A program made the translations under genes and the position numbers. A stretch of 64,000 bases of DNA from contig JAFVWT010000011.1 in the NCBI GenBank assembly GCA_017501525.1, positions 131,037 to 195,036 on the forward strand, written 5' to 3'. The notes under the pieces were generated by a model. That model did not search any database. It was not told where the DNA came from and saw only the letters and a list, made by a program, of their open reading frames with translations. The DNA is from Bacteroidales bacterium. GTDB lineage: Bacteria; Bacteroidota; Bacteroidia; Bacteroidales; UBA932. Position 1 is the first letter of the stretch. Every line of letters starts with the position of its first letter. Positions 49,048 to 57,858 of the stretch are shown here, one piece after another.

Positions 49048-49401
49048 TTATAACAACTTTTCTAACTCTTCTTTTAAAGCTCCTTTAGGTAATCCTCCCA
49101 TTGCCATTTTTGGGGTACCATTTTGGGGTACAAATATCAGGGTGGGGACTGAGCGTATCGAGAACATCGCTGCCAACTCATTCTCTTTGTCTACATCTAT
49201 TTTATAGATATACGCTTTGTCTTGATATTCGTCTGCGAGCTCATCAAGTACCGGTGATATGGCCTTGCAGGGACCACACCAGGTGGCAAAAAAGTCAATT
49301 ATCGCAGGCTTGTCGCCCTTATAGTTCCATTGAGAGCCATCTTTCTCAAAATCGAAGACTTTCTCTAAGAACCCTTGTTTGTCAAGATGAATAGCTGCCA
49401 T
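49048..49401 (-). CDS. thioredoxin family protein
   Basis: 117 aa with the WCGPC active site. Starts 2 nt after the peroxiredoxin stop. Confidence 0.85.
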   Translation of the reverse strand: MAAIHLDKQGFLEKVFDFEKDGSQWNYKGDKPAIIDFFATWCGPCKAISPVLDELADEYQDKAYIYKIDVDKENELAAMFSIRSVPTLIFVPQNGTPKMAMGGLPKGALKEELEKLL

Positions 49402-49403
49402 AA

Positions 49404-50108
49404 TTATTTACCTAATTTGCTTTCAACAGTTTCTTTTGATAGAGGTTTGGTACAGAAATACCAGTCGTGGCACACTACACCTTCTTCGTCTCCGTCCATT
49501 CTGCTCTTAGCTACGCCACAAGAACCTGCAGGGGGAACAATTACGTTGTCACCAGGACGCCAGTCAGCGGGAAGTGCAACACCGAAGTTGTCGGCTGTTT
49601 GGAGTGCAATGATAACGCGTTTGAGTTCGTCGAAGTTTCTACCAAGAGATAGAGGGTAGTAAACAATTGCTCTGATTACATCGTTAGGGTCGATAAAGAA
49701 GACTGCTCTAACTGCTTGAGTTGCACTTTCACCGGGTTGGATCATACCGTACATCTTAGCAACTTCCATTGTGATGTCTTCGATCAAAGGGAACTTAACT
49801 TCTACATTTTTCATTCCTTTGTATTCGATCTTCTCTTTGATTGCGCGGAGCCATGCGATGTGGCTGTAAAGACCGTCAACTGAAAGACCTACAAGTTGGG
49901 TGTTAAGTGCTTTGAACTCCTCTTCCATTGTTGCAAAAGTCATAAACTCAGAGGTACAAACGGGGGTGAAGTCTGCAGGATGGCTGAATAGGATTTTCCA
50001 TTTGCCGCCGAAGTCACCGGGGAAGTTGATTTCACCTTGAGTAGTTTTAGCTTTGAATGAAGGAGCTTTGTCGCCGATACGAGGCATTGAGTAAACTTGA
50101 TTTTCCAT
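49404..50108 (-). CDS. peroxiredoxin (Prx6/1-Cys-like subfamily)
   Basis: FSHPADFTPVCTSE peroxidatic Cys motif. 234 aa. Confidence 0.9.
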   Translation of the reverse strand: MENQVYSMPRIGDKAPSFKAKTTQGEINFPGDFGGKWKILFSHPADFTPVCTSEFMTFATMEEEFKALNTQLVGLSVDGLYSHIAWLRAIKEKIEYKGMKNVEVKFPLIEDITMEVAKMYGMIQPGESATQAVRAVFFIDPNDVIRAIVYYPLSLGRNFDELKRVIIALQTADNFGVALPADWRPGDNVIVPPAGSCGVAKSRMDGDEEGVVCHDWYFCTKPLSKETVESKLGK

Positions 50109-50184
50109 AATATTCTAATTTTTTAATTTGTTAATAATCTTGTTTTGTTTTTTGAGTTAATGTGTTTGTTTTTGTTTTACGATG

Positions 50185-50192
50185 CAAAAATA
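50185..50192 (-). promoter_or_regulatory. Bacteroidetes -7 promoter box for the prx-trx-ATP-grasp operon
   Basis: Reverse complement reads TATTTTTG, about 76 nt upstream of the prx ATG. It is back-to-back with the oxyR promoter. Confidence 0.4.
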
Positions 50193-50227
50193 TAGCGATA
50201 ATTTTTATAAATCAAATAGATAATTTA

Positions 50228-50235
50228 TATATTTG
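50228..50235 (+). promoter_or_regulatory. Bacteroidetes -7 promoter box for oxyR
   Basis: TATATTTG lies 17 nt upstream of the ATG at 50253, inside the longer TTG-started ORF. Confidence 0.45.
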
Positions 50236-50252
50236 TATTGAAAAAATCTATA

Positions 50253-51197
50253 ATGATGAATCTGAATACTCTGGAGTATATTGTGGCCTTGGATGCCCAT
50301 AGAAATTTTGTAAAAGCGGCTCAGTCATGTGGGGTTTCACAACCCACGCTCAGCACTATGATTAAAAATCTTGAGGCGGAGCTGGATGTTATGATATTCG
50401 ACAGGAACTCCCACCCTGTTCGCCCTACGATTATAGGAGAAAAAATAATTGCTCAGGCAAAGGTAACTTTGTCCAATGCTGCATATATAGAGGAACTGGC
50501 GGCATCTGAAAGGGGAATTGAGAGTGGCTCTTTAAATATAGGTATTATTCCTACTATTGCTCCATATCTTCTTCCCGGAATTTTCAGAGGTTTCAATGAG
50601 AAGCACCGTTCAATAAATCTTAAAGCCTCGGAAATCCGTACGAGTATAATTATTGAGCAGTTGAAAAAGGCCGATATTGATATTGGAATAATGGCAACTC
50701 CGTTGGGAATAGAGGGTTTTCTTGAAATTCCACTCTATTATGAGAAATTTCTCTTGTATGTATCACCTCAAGAGGCAATCAGTTCTTATTCTGAGATTCA
50801 TTCTGACAAGATCCCTTCTGACCATCTTTGGGTGTTGCAGGAGGGGCATTGTCTAAGGAATCAAGTTTTCAACTTTTGTCATAAGCAAAGTTCTTATTCT
50901 TCTGTCTATGAGGCAGGAAGCATTGATACACTAATAAAGATAGTTGATGCTAACGGCGGTTATACAGTTATCCCCGAACTTCATCTGCCGTTCTTGAGTG
51001 AAAAGCAGAGAGAAAATGTCCGTCCACTCCTTTCAGACGGTTCGAAGTTCTCGGCCCCTGTCAGGGAGGTATCATTAGTGATTCGGGAGGATTATATGCG
51101 TGAGCGCTTTATCAATATCCTTGCAGATAGTATAAAGGAGATTATCCCCGAGCAGATGCTTGACAGTCGTCTTAAGAAATTTGCTATAAAGATTTAG
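50253..51197 (+). CDS. oxyR: LysR family transcriptional regulator, OxyR-like
   Basis: LysR HTH (LEYIVALDAHRNFVKAAQSCGVSQPTLS) and the redox Cys context LQEGHCLRNQ as in OxyR. Divergent from a peroxiredoxin operon. Confidence 0.8.
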   Translation: MMNLNTLEYIVALDAHRNFVKAAQSCGVSQPTLSTMIKNLEAELDVMIFDRNSHPVRPTIIGEKIIAQAKVTLSNAAYIEELAASERGIESGSLNIGIIPTIAPYLLPGIFRGFNEKHRSINLKASEIRTSIIIEQLKKADIDIGIMATPLGIEGFLEIPLYYEKFLLYVSPQEAISSYSEIHSDKIPSDHLWVLQEGHCLRNQVFNFCHKQSSYSSVYEAGSIDTLIKIVDANGGYTVIPELHLPFLSEKQRENVRPLLSDGSKFSAPVREVSLVIREDYMRERFINILADSIKEIIPEQMLDSRLKKFAIKI

Positions 51198-54100
51198 GCG
51201 GAGGTGAATTGAGGATGGATGACGTTGTGAATAATATCAATATACTCTCGTAGAGGCACTACATAGGAAGTGAAAAGTGAGAGATTCTCTTCAAAAGGAG
51301 ATTCATTTACAAGGGTCTCACGAGTAATATCTCCATTTTCACAGACGTATGAAATAATGTTCATCAAGAACTCCTCCTGATCTGCATTGAGTTTGCATCC
51401 GGTTATAAGAGAATTGAATTTCTCTATCGCCTCTTTACGGTTTATACCTATGATGGAACGGATAAAGACGGCTACATTGGAGCCGCAAGGCATTCCGTTT
51501 GTAAATTTCTCATAGTCGCCTTTGCTGCCCAATTCTTCCCAAAGAATCCTTTCAAGTTCTTTGATGTCAGAGGAGCACAGCTGTTCCATTGAGTATATCT
51601 TTTTTAACACAGGGTGTTTCTTGTTTTGGGCAAGAAAATCTAAAATCTTCTGTTTGTATGTGACTCTTGAAATAATACCTGTGGTCTCTCCTTTATTAAT
51701 AACAATGTCTTCAATATCTACTTCGAAATCAGTAAGTTCCCTAACGAGAAACTTCATCAGTTCTCTCATCTGTATTCTGACATTTTCAAGCCATTGGAGA
51801 GAAGGATTCAGCCACGAGTTACTATTCATAATCTCTTTCAGTAAATCCATTTTCAGTTCCACTTCACGGATACTCGCTTTATAAAGCAAATGTTCTGAGG
51901 CAGTAATGATACTATTTATAGCATTGCTGGAATCTACCTCATTGTCAAGGGTTGAGAGTTCTATCAGGTGGACAAGGAAATCCAATCGTTTACCCTTCTC
52001 ATCTCCTTTTACTTTACTGATAATCGGAGCAATATCCTCTTTAAGCGTCATTACGTCCAGGGGTGATATGTATATCCAAGAAGATTCATCTTTAAACCTG
52101 CTGACACTCTCCCATTTATTTCTGACAGATATATGATTCTCATTGAGTTTTTGAACCTGCTCTTTCATAATCTCTTTCAGCTCATCGTGCAATCTCTTTG
52201 CAAAGGGTTGGTCCTGATAGATCTGGTGTTGGAGATGGGAGGCAATCTCAGCTCTTACTGAAAAGATTCTTTCAGTAAGTGAAGCTGTGCTTTGAGGCTC
52301 GCAAGTCGAGCGGTCCACCTCGAAATACTCAAGGTTGCAGCACCAATCAAATACAAAGAATCTCTCTTTATCTTTATTCCCGAAAATTCCCGGAGACAAG
52401 CGTGTCCCTCTACCAATCATCTGAGTAAATTTGATTTTACTTCTAACAGGCTTAAAAATAACAAGGTTTAAAATATCAGGAACATCGATACCTGTATCGA
52501 GCATATCTACAGAAATCGCTATCTGTAACCCAGAATCTCTATTTGAAAATTTGTCAATATAATCCTGAGCGTATGGATTCTGATTGTCAATCACCTCACA
52601 CAATCCATCATAATTGGGATATAGAATATCAAACCTCTTTTTGATAATCATCGCGTGTTCGTGTCTTTGGGCAAAAATAATCGTCTTGCCGATAAGTTCC
52701 CCACACTGTACTTTGAGGCCATGGGTCATAAGGTCTTGCAACACTTTATCGACCGTATCTATGTTATTGATATAGGTAAACATCTCACTCGAGTAGAAAT
52801 CTCGATATGACTGGTCGGTATAAAGTGCAGGTTTCCAATTCATTTTCTTCTCGTAATCCCATATCTTCTCGAGTTGTTTCTTGTCGTGGGAAGAAAGCTC
52901 AGAATACTTTATACCATTGCTCAGGATATAAGAGCCCCTTTTGTAACCAGTGTAATTTACAAGATAACCGTCAGTTACAGCATCTTGAAGTTCGTAGGCA
53001 TAATTGGGGGCGCCCTGCTCCATCTCAAAAAGGTCGTATGTAGACTTGTCAATATCCTCTCTTGGAGTAGCGGTCAATCCGATGAGCAGCGCATCAAAAT
53101 AGTTGAAAATCGCTCCATATTTACCAAAAATAGATCGGTGCGCCTCATCTACAATAATCAAGTCAAATCTTCCCACAGAGAACCCTTTTTCATCTGTGTC
53201 AATAAGATTGATCATTGTCTGATAAGTGGAGAAAACAATTCTGGCACTCAAATCCTTGGTGCTGTTGTCATTCAAAACACAAGTGGTCTCCCCTGGTAGA
53301 AGTTTTACAAAATTCTTATGAGCCTGTGTCACTAGAGAGTTCCTGTCGGCAAGGAAAAGGATGTTTTTAATCCAAGAATTTCTTTTTAGAACCTCAACCA
53401 AAGAGATAGAGACCCTCGTTTTACCGGTACCAGTGGCCATAACGAGCAGCGCTTTGCGGCGCATAGAATTAAAGTGTTCACATACAGTTTTAATCGCCAT
53501 CTTCTGATAATATCTGTCTGTGATATTATCATTGACAGTTATATCTGAAATTTTAGGACGCCCCTGTTTTTGCATCATTCTCTCCAAGTCTCCCTCGGTA
53601 TGGAAACTATAAATCTTTCGGGGAGGGTAACCTAATCTGTCTATAATATATGTCTGGAAACCATTGGTATAATAGATAACAGGCCTTACTCCATATTCGG
53701 CCTCTAGACAATCAGCATAGAGTTCCGCCTGATGTTTCCCCCTCTCTGCTGAAACGGAAGTTTTCTTGGCTTCAATAACAGCTAGAGGTTTTCCATTTCT
53801 GCCAAAAAGGACATAATCAGCAAATCCCACATCTTTAGCATTTGGCATTCCGTGCAATTCGATCTCGATACAAGCCTTAGATGGTTCAATAAGTCTGTTG
53901 GTTTGAAGGATATCCCAATGGGCCTCTTTCAACATCAAATCGATATACATCCTGCGGGTCTCTGCCTCAGAGATAGAACTTTGTAGAGAGGTTACAGGAG
54001 CAGGAGACTCAATGGTGCTCCTTTTGGCTACTTTTCCAAGGTCATCAGAACTTCCGCAATTGCTTTGAGTGGAAGGGATAAAGATGTTGTTCTCAGCTTT

Positions 54101-54520
54101 ATTTGGAATAAGTTCTTTGTCAAAAGGATTAATGTCGTCAACGACCTGAAGTTTCAAAAGGATAGCCGCAATGACATTATAAATATTCAGCAAGCAGAAA
54201 AACGACTCTTTTTTCGAAACACAGCCTGTGTGAGCTGCACGGTTACCCATCTTTCGGACATAATGGGCGGACATTAAAATTTTATCATTACCGATAAATT
54301 CTGAAAAAGGCTCTCCGTCAATAAGTTCCAAAAGAGATGTCCTTTCGGAAATCTCGACATTTTTCAAATTGTATAACTCGCGGATGATATGCTCCAAAGC
54401 CCTTCTGGCATTGATGGCACTCATATCGGGGTCACATTGTTGATATTCCTCCGCAGCACGGCAAAACCTATACAAATATTCAAGCCCCTGAATAGAGGCC
54501 AAGTAATCGAAATTCCTCAT
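51194..54520 (-). CDS. hsdR: Type I restriction endonuclease subunit R with N-terminal DUF4145-like domain
   Basis: PD-(D/E)xK context FADYVLFGRNGKPLAVIEAKK, Walker A MATGTGKT, the DEAH box IIVDEAHRS and helicase motif VI QMIGRGTR. The C-terminus is EcoEI_R_C-like. Confidence 0.9.
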   Translation of the reverse strand: MRNFDYLASIQGLEYLYRFCRAAEEYQQCDPDMSAINARRALEHIIRELYNLKNVEISERTSLLELIDGEPFSEFIGNDKILMSAHYVRKMGNRAAHTGCVSKKESFFCLLNIYNVIAAILLKLQVVDDINPFDKELIPNKAENNIFIPSTQSNCGSSDDLGKVAKRSTIESPAPVTSLQSSISEAETRRMYIDLMLKEAHWDILQTNRLIEPSKACIEIELHGMPNAKDVGFADYVLFGRNGKPLAVIEAKKTSVSAERGKHQAELYADCLEAEYGVRPVIYYTNGFQTYIIDRLGYPPRKIYSFHTEGDLERMMQKQGRPKISDITVNDNITDRYYQKMAIKTVCEHFNSMRRKALLVMATGTGKTRVSISLVEVLKRNSWIKNILFLADRNSLVTQAHKNFVKLLPGETTCVLNDNSTKDLSARIVFSTYQTMINLIDTDEKGFSVGRFDLIIVDEAHRSIFGKYGAIFNYFDALLIGLTATPREDIDKSTYDLFEMEQGAPNYAYELQDAVTDGYLVNYTGYKRGSYILSNGIKYSELSSHDKKQLEKIWDYEKKMNWKPALYTDQSYRDFYSSEMFTYINNIDTVDKVLQDLMTHGLKVQCGELIGKTIIFAQRHEHAMIIKKRFDILYPNYDGLCEVIDNQNPYAQDYIDKFSNRDSGLQIAISVDMLDTGIDVPDILNLVIFKPVRSKIKFTQMIGRGTRLSPGIFGNKDKERFFVFDWCCNLEYFEVDRSTCEPQSTASLTERIFSVRAEIASHLQHQIYQDQPFAKRLHDELKEIMKEQVQKLNENHISVRNKWESVSRFKDESSWIYISPLDVMTLKEDIAPIISKVKGDEKGKRLDFLVHLIELSTLDNEVDSSNAINSIITASEHLLYKASIREVELKMDLLKEIMNSNSWLNPSLQWLENVRIQMRELMKFLVRELTDFEVDIEDIVINKGETTGIISRVTYKQKILDFLAQNKKHPVLKKIYSMEQLCSSDIKELERILWEELGSKGDYEKFTNGMPCGSNVAVFIRSIIGINRKEAIEKFNSLITGCKLNADQEEFLMNIISYVCENGDITRETLVNESPFEENLSLFTSYVVPLREYIDIIHNVIHPQFTSA

Positions 54521-54539
54521 AAATAAACTTACTCCTTGC

Positions 54540-54570
54540 TTTCGACAAATTTAATGAAAATTTGTCGAAA
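54540..54570. promoter_or_regulatory. perfect 13-bp inverted repeat between hsdS and hsdR
   Basis: tttcgacaaattt-aatga-aaatttgtcgaaa. The left arm contains the putative hsdR -7 box. Confidence 0.7.
54546..54553 (-). promoter_or_regulatory. possible separate -7 promoter box for hsdR
   Basis: Reverse complement reads TAAATTTG, 25 nt upstream of the hsdR ATG. An AAGGAG element lies between them. Confidence 0.4.
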
Positions 54571-54613
54571 ACAGGCCAAAGAACTACCCAAAGGAATCCG
54601 ATATGCCTACAGA

Positions 54614-55771
54614 TTAATTGAAATAGTAGTCCATCCTGCTGTTGAACAAGGTTTCTGTCTCCTTGATAGACTGGGCAATCAGTTCTTTCTGCTTCTCTAT
54701 TGATTCAATTTTGGATGCGAACTCTTGCTGTAAATCAAATGGTGGAACAAGCACTTTAAATCCTTGTATCAACTTTAGATTTAGTCCTCCTCTACCACCA
54801 TCCCCATTTGAAATATCCCTCAACTCATGGTAAAGGTAACGTAATTGATAATATAGAAAATCAACATTAACACCATCATTCGTGATGATAGAACAAATTG
54901 ATTGATTGGTACAAAGGGGTATTTCTGCAACTCCAACTGTTCCCCTCGTTTTACCTTGTCCTGCTAATGCCATCACAACAGTATGGGGAGGTATTAACTT
55001 GGTGCTCGCATTATCATATCCCTCTTGTGTAATATGTTTTTCTGTTGCATATATTCTACCATTGCCAACCTCACCAGAACTTAACCAAGGGATTGTACCT
55101 CCATCCCAATATTCCTTAACCTTTGTGCTTGGAGTAGCACCTGCTACGCATTTGGAAAAAGAACCTATTGTTTTTTGCTCCCACCCCTTGTCATTCTCTA
55201 CAGGGTCACCAAACATCTCATAGAAGATAGACTGTGCAAGATTATCCAGTTCTTTCAACTGCTGTTTCTTCTTCTCAATAATCCCCGAAAGACAATCAAG
55301 TTCAGCAACTATCTTTTTCTGTTCTGCGATTGGGGGAACGGGGATGGGAAGTGATTTTAACTCAGCACTATCTAATGTAGGGACGGCACCTCGTCTTGTA
55401 TAAAGTCTAAAATCTATGTTCTGTATAAACAAATACAAGTACTCGTAGTTAAGAGTGTAAGGATTAGATACACATATTATCCCAGTATTCAAGTCCACGA
55501 CACTTTCTCGTGTCAATATCCTCTTTTTGTTGGTTGCAATCGCAGCACCATTCTTCGGAAATACAATTGAATGCTTTGGGAAAGACTTACATCCATCTTT
55601 TAAAAACAGGGACGTGTGGTGAAGATATTTAGTATTTAACTCATGGTTCATGTCTGAAACTTTATAATATGGAACATCACCTACTCCTGAAAGTTCGTAA
55701 TCTTTCGGAGTATATCCACTCTTAAAAGTAACAATATCACCAAGTTTCTTTATTTCCCATCTTTGTTTCAT
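54614..55771 (-). CDS. hsdS: Type I restriction-modification specificity subunit
   Basis: Two target-recognition halves separated by conserved helices (PPIAEQKKIVAELD..., PPFDLQQEFASKIESIE...). 385 aa. Confidence 0.9.
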   Translation of the reverse strand: MKQRWEIKKLGDIVTFKSGYTPKDYELSGVGDVPYYKVSDMNHELNTKYLHHTSLFLKDGCKSFPKHSIVFPKNGAAIATNKKRILTRESVVDLNTGIICVSNPYTLNYEYLYLFIQNIDFRLYTRRGAVPTLDSAELKSLPIPVPPIAEQKKIVAELDCLSGIIEKKKQQLKELDNLAQSIFYEMFGDPVENDKGWEQKTIGSFSKCVAGATPSTKVKEYWDGGTIPWLSSGEVGNGRIYATEKHITQEGYDNASTKLIPPHTVVMALAGQGKTRGTVGVAEIPLCTNQSICSIITNDGVNVDFLYYQLRYLYHELRDISNGDGGRGGLNLKLIQGFKVLVPPFDLQQEFASKIESIEKQKELIAQSIKETETLFNSRMDYYFN

Positions 55772-55773
55772 AA

Positions 55774-56439
55774 TTATATCGTAGCTTTTAGACGTTCTTT
55801 AATAGTGTTTTTTAGAGACTCGGTCTTAAGAGTTTCAATTAGGGCATTGTATTTTAGGAGTGAGGTATTGAGGGATTCTAAATGGTAGATATCGTGGCAG
55901 GTATTTAATATCTTATTTATGAGTGTTCCCCGAGGAGTTGTGTTGTTGATACTTTCTAATGGTTGGTTAGAGTTTTGTATAAACCCTTCTTCGATATATG
56001 CTAGTATTAGTGAAAGAATATTTCTCGTCTGAATAATGAAATGGTAGTAATTTTTTATTTCCAGAGTCTTGTCGCAAATTTTGAGCTCTATGTCAAGTGA
56101 ACACTCCTCAATGGATAGTCCTAGCGCATTTACCTCAGATTGTATGTCTCTAATTAACTCTATTTTTTTGTCTTTTTGATTTGTATAGAGTAGGCTAATT
56201 GCAATTTTGACAAAAATCGTATCAGTGAAGGACTCTATTTGGAGAAGGTATTTATATATTCTTCTATATGTGTCGTATTCCTGAATCTTTGTTTGCTGTT
56301 CCTGTATTTTATTTTGTCTTTTCCCCAATATGTAGGTAATGACAGCTGCAACTACAGTAGCAAAGAATGTTATTCCAACACTCCACCAATCTGGAGCTTT
56401 TAGTGCCTCAATAAGTTCGATTAGCTGCAAGTCATTCAT
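55774..56439 (-). CDS. hypothetical single-pass membrane protein embedded in the hsd operon
   Basis: 221 aa with one TM helix (WWSVGITFFATVVAAVITYILG); the rest is predicted helical. No family recognised. Visibly AT-rich. Confidence 0.5.
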   Translation of the reverse strand: MNDLQLIELIEALKAPDWWSVGITFFATVVAAVITYILGKRQNKIQEQQTKIQEYDTYRRIYKYLLQIESFTDTIFVKIAISLLYTNQKDKKIELIRDIQSEVNALGLSIEECSLDIELKICDKTLEIKNYYHFIIQTRNILSLILAYIEEGFIQNSNQPLESINNTTPRGTLINKILNTCHDIYHLESLNTSLLKYNALIETLKTESLKNTIKERLKATI

Positions 56440-56447
56440 ACACCGTT

Positions 56448-57854
56448 TTATTTATTTTCGTTAATAATCCATTTTCCCCTCTTGCGTCCACCTTCGCGTG
56501 TTAGTATTCCATTTGCTTTTAATCTTTTGATGTGCCAATTAATACCATTGATAGAAATTCCTATAATTTCAGAGAGCTCCTGACGAGATATGTGTGGGTT
56601 GTTTATGATAAGTTCAATAATCTTTGTGGTAGTTTTTGTGGTAGTTTTTGTGGTAGTTTTTGTGGTAGTTCTATCATTAACGGTTACCAGAAAAACAGTA
56701 AGTTTACTAACATCGAAAACAGCTTTGTTATTTCCATTTTCTTGGAGTTCTTCTTGTACCATTGTGATTCCACGATTGAACTTGTTTACATATCCTAGTA
56801 CTCTTAGTGCTTCTGCGATAATAGGATTCCTGTAATCGTTTACGAATGGGAAATTCTCGGGGCGGGCATTGCCATAAAGACCTCCGGCATTTGTTATTTC
56901 TAATCGGTCAATATACTGATATAATTTAATAGGAGTGTTTGTTTTATAATCCCGATGCATTAAGGCATTCATTACCAATTCTCTGATAGCCCATTTGGGG
57001 TAGTTTCTTACAGTCTTTTCTCTTAAATTGCTAATAGGGACAGGACGAGCTATTATTAATGAATCCTCAATAAAAGCGTCGATACGAGGAAGCAATGTCA
57101 TTAAATTGCCCTCAAACACTTTTTCGTTTAGAATGGAGGATGCGTTGTTTGTCCCTCCAAAATTTACATATTGTATATAGTTACCGAATAAGAAATATTT
57201 TGGATTCTTTCCGAATAGTATTATTGCTGCGTATGTTGGACAGTCGTAAGTTAAATTATAGAGTCTGAGAGAGGCCATTTGTTCTTTAATGTTGCGCTTG
57301 TCCCCAATAAGAACATCTTCGTTAATCGCTTTGGGTAGATATTCATTTACGAAGAGTTTGGTGTCAATGTCGTTAAGTGTTGCTTCTAAGCAAGGCGTGG
57401 TATCAAAAGTGTTGAAGTTTACACTTCTTCGTTCTACAAGCATATTTTCCTCCTGGGTGGTAGCTTTGTCCTTTCTTGGACCTATACGGATGTATGTTCT
57501 TCCGTGGTAGCGGACAGGAGGGAACTCGGAAGGGAAAACCTCTACTATTAGAACATCTCCATCTTCATAAGAGATGTAATCAACATTCATTACGGGGAGA
57601 GGAAGAATGTTCCCTTCTGTGCGAATAGATGATATGTTTTTCAAAAGAGAATCTGTTACCTTTAATCCAGATCTTTTGCCATTGTCCTCTACACCAATTA
57701 ATAAATACCCAGGTTTCCTGGAATTAGGCATATCATTAGCAAAAGCACATATTGCCTCACAAAACTTATCTTTGTTGGATGTTGAAATAGTTTTTTCTAT
57801 ACGATAAGTTTCTGTACTATTTAGTAGTGCCTGTAGTTCCTCTTTTGTTATCAT
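56448..57854 (-). CDS. AlbA_2 (Schlafen-like) domain / HATPase_c_4-like / C-terminal winged-HTH protein
   Basis: N-terminus ...FCEAICAFANDMPNSRKPGYLLIGVEDNG is the AlbA_2 signature. The middle RELVMNALMHRDY...ITNAGG is a GHKL-like remnant. The C-terminal wHTH is ISRQELSEIIGISINGINWHIKRLKANGIL. A (TTTK)4 linker joins the domains. Confidence 0.75.
   Translation of the reverse strand: MITKEELQALLNSTETYRIEKTISTSNKDKFCEAICAFANDMPNSRKPGYLLIGVEDNGKRSGLKVTDSLLKNISSIRTEGNILPLPVMNVDYISYEDGDVLIVEVFPSEFPPVRYHGRTYIRIGPRKDKATTQEENMLVERRSVNFNTFDTTPCLEATLNDIDTKLFVNEYLPKAINEDVLIGDKRNIKEQMASLRLYNLTYDCPTYAAIILFGKNPKYFLFGNYIQYVNFGGTNNASSILNEKVFEGNLMTLLPRIDAFIEDSLIIARPVPISNLREKTVRNYPKWAIRELVMNALMHRDYKTNTPIKLYQYIDRLEITNAGGLYGNARPENFPFVNDYRNPIIAEALRVLGYVNKFNRGITMVQEELQENGNNKAVFDVSKLTVFLVTVNDRTTTKTTTKTTTKTTTKIIELIINNPHISRQELSEIIGISINGINWHIKRLKANGILTREGGRKRGKWIINENK
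56624..56671. repeat. perfect 4 x 12-bp tandem repeat inside a CDS
   Basis: tttgtggtagtt x4 on the plus strand, encoding TTTKTTTKTTTKTTTK on the minus strand. Confidence 0.95.
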
Positions 57855-57858
57855 AGGC

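Noticed and set aside
50192-50228. OxyR-box-like ATAG elements between the divergent prx and oxyR promoters
   Set aside because: ATAG occurs at 50192 and 50216, but the spacing (24 rather than 22) and the partner half-sites deviate from the ATAGnt-N7-anCTAT consensus. The region is AT-rich, so chance matches are likely. Not claimed as a site.
54614-55771. Possibility of a phase-variable hsdS shufflon
   Set aside because: There is only one hsdS gene. I found no silent half-hsdS cassettes, no inverted copies of the conserved hsdS helices and no recombinase gene in or near the locus.
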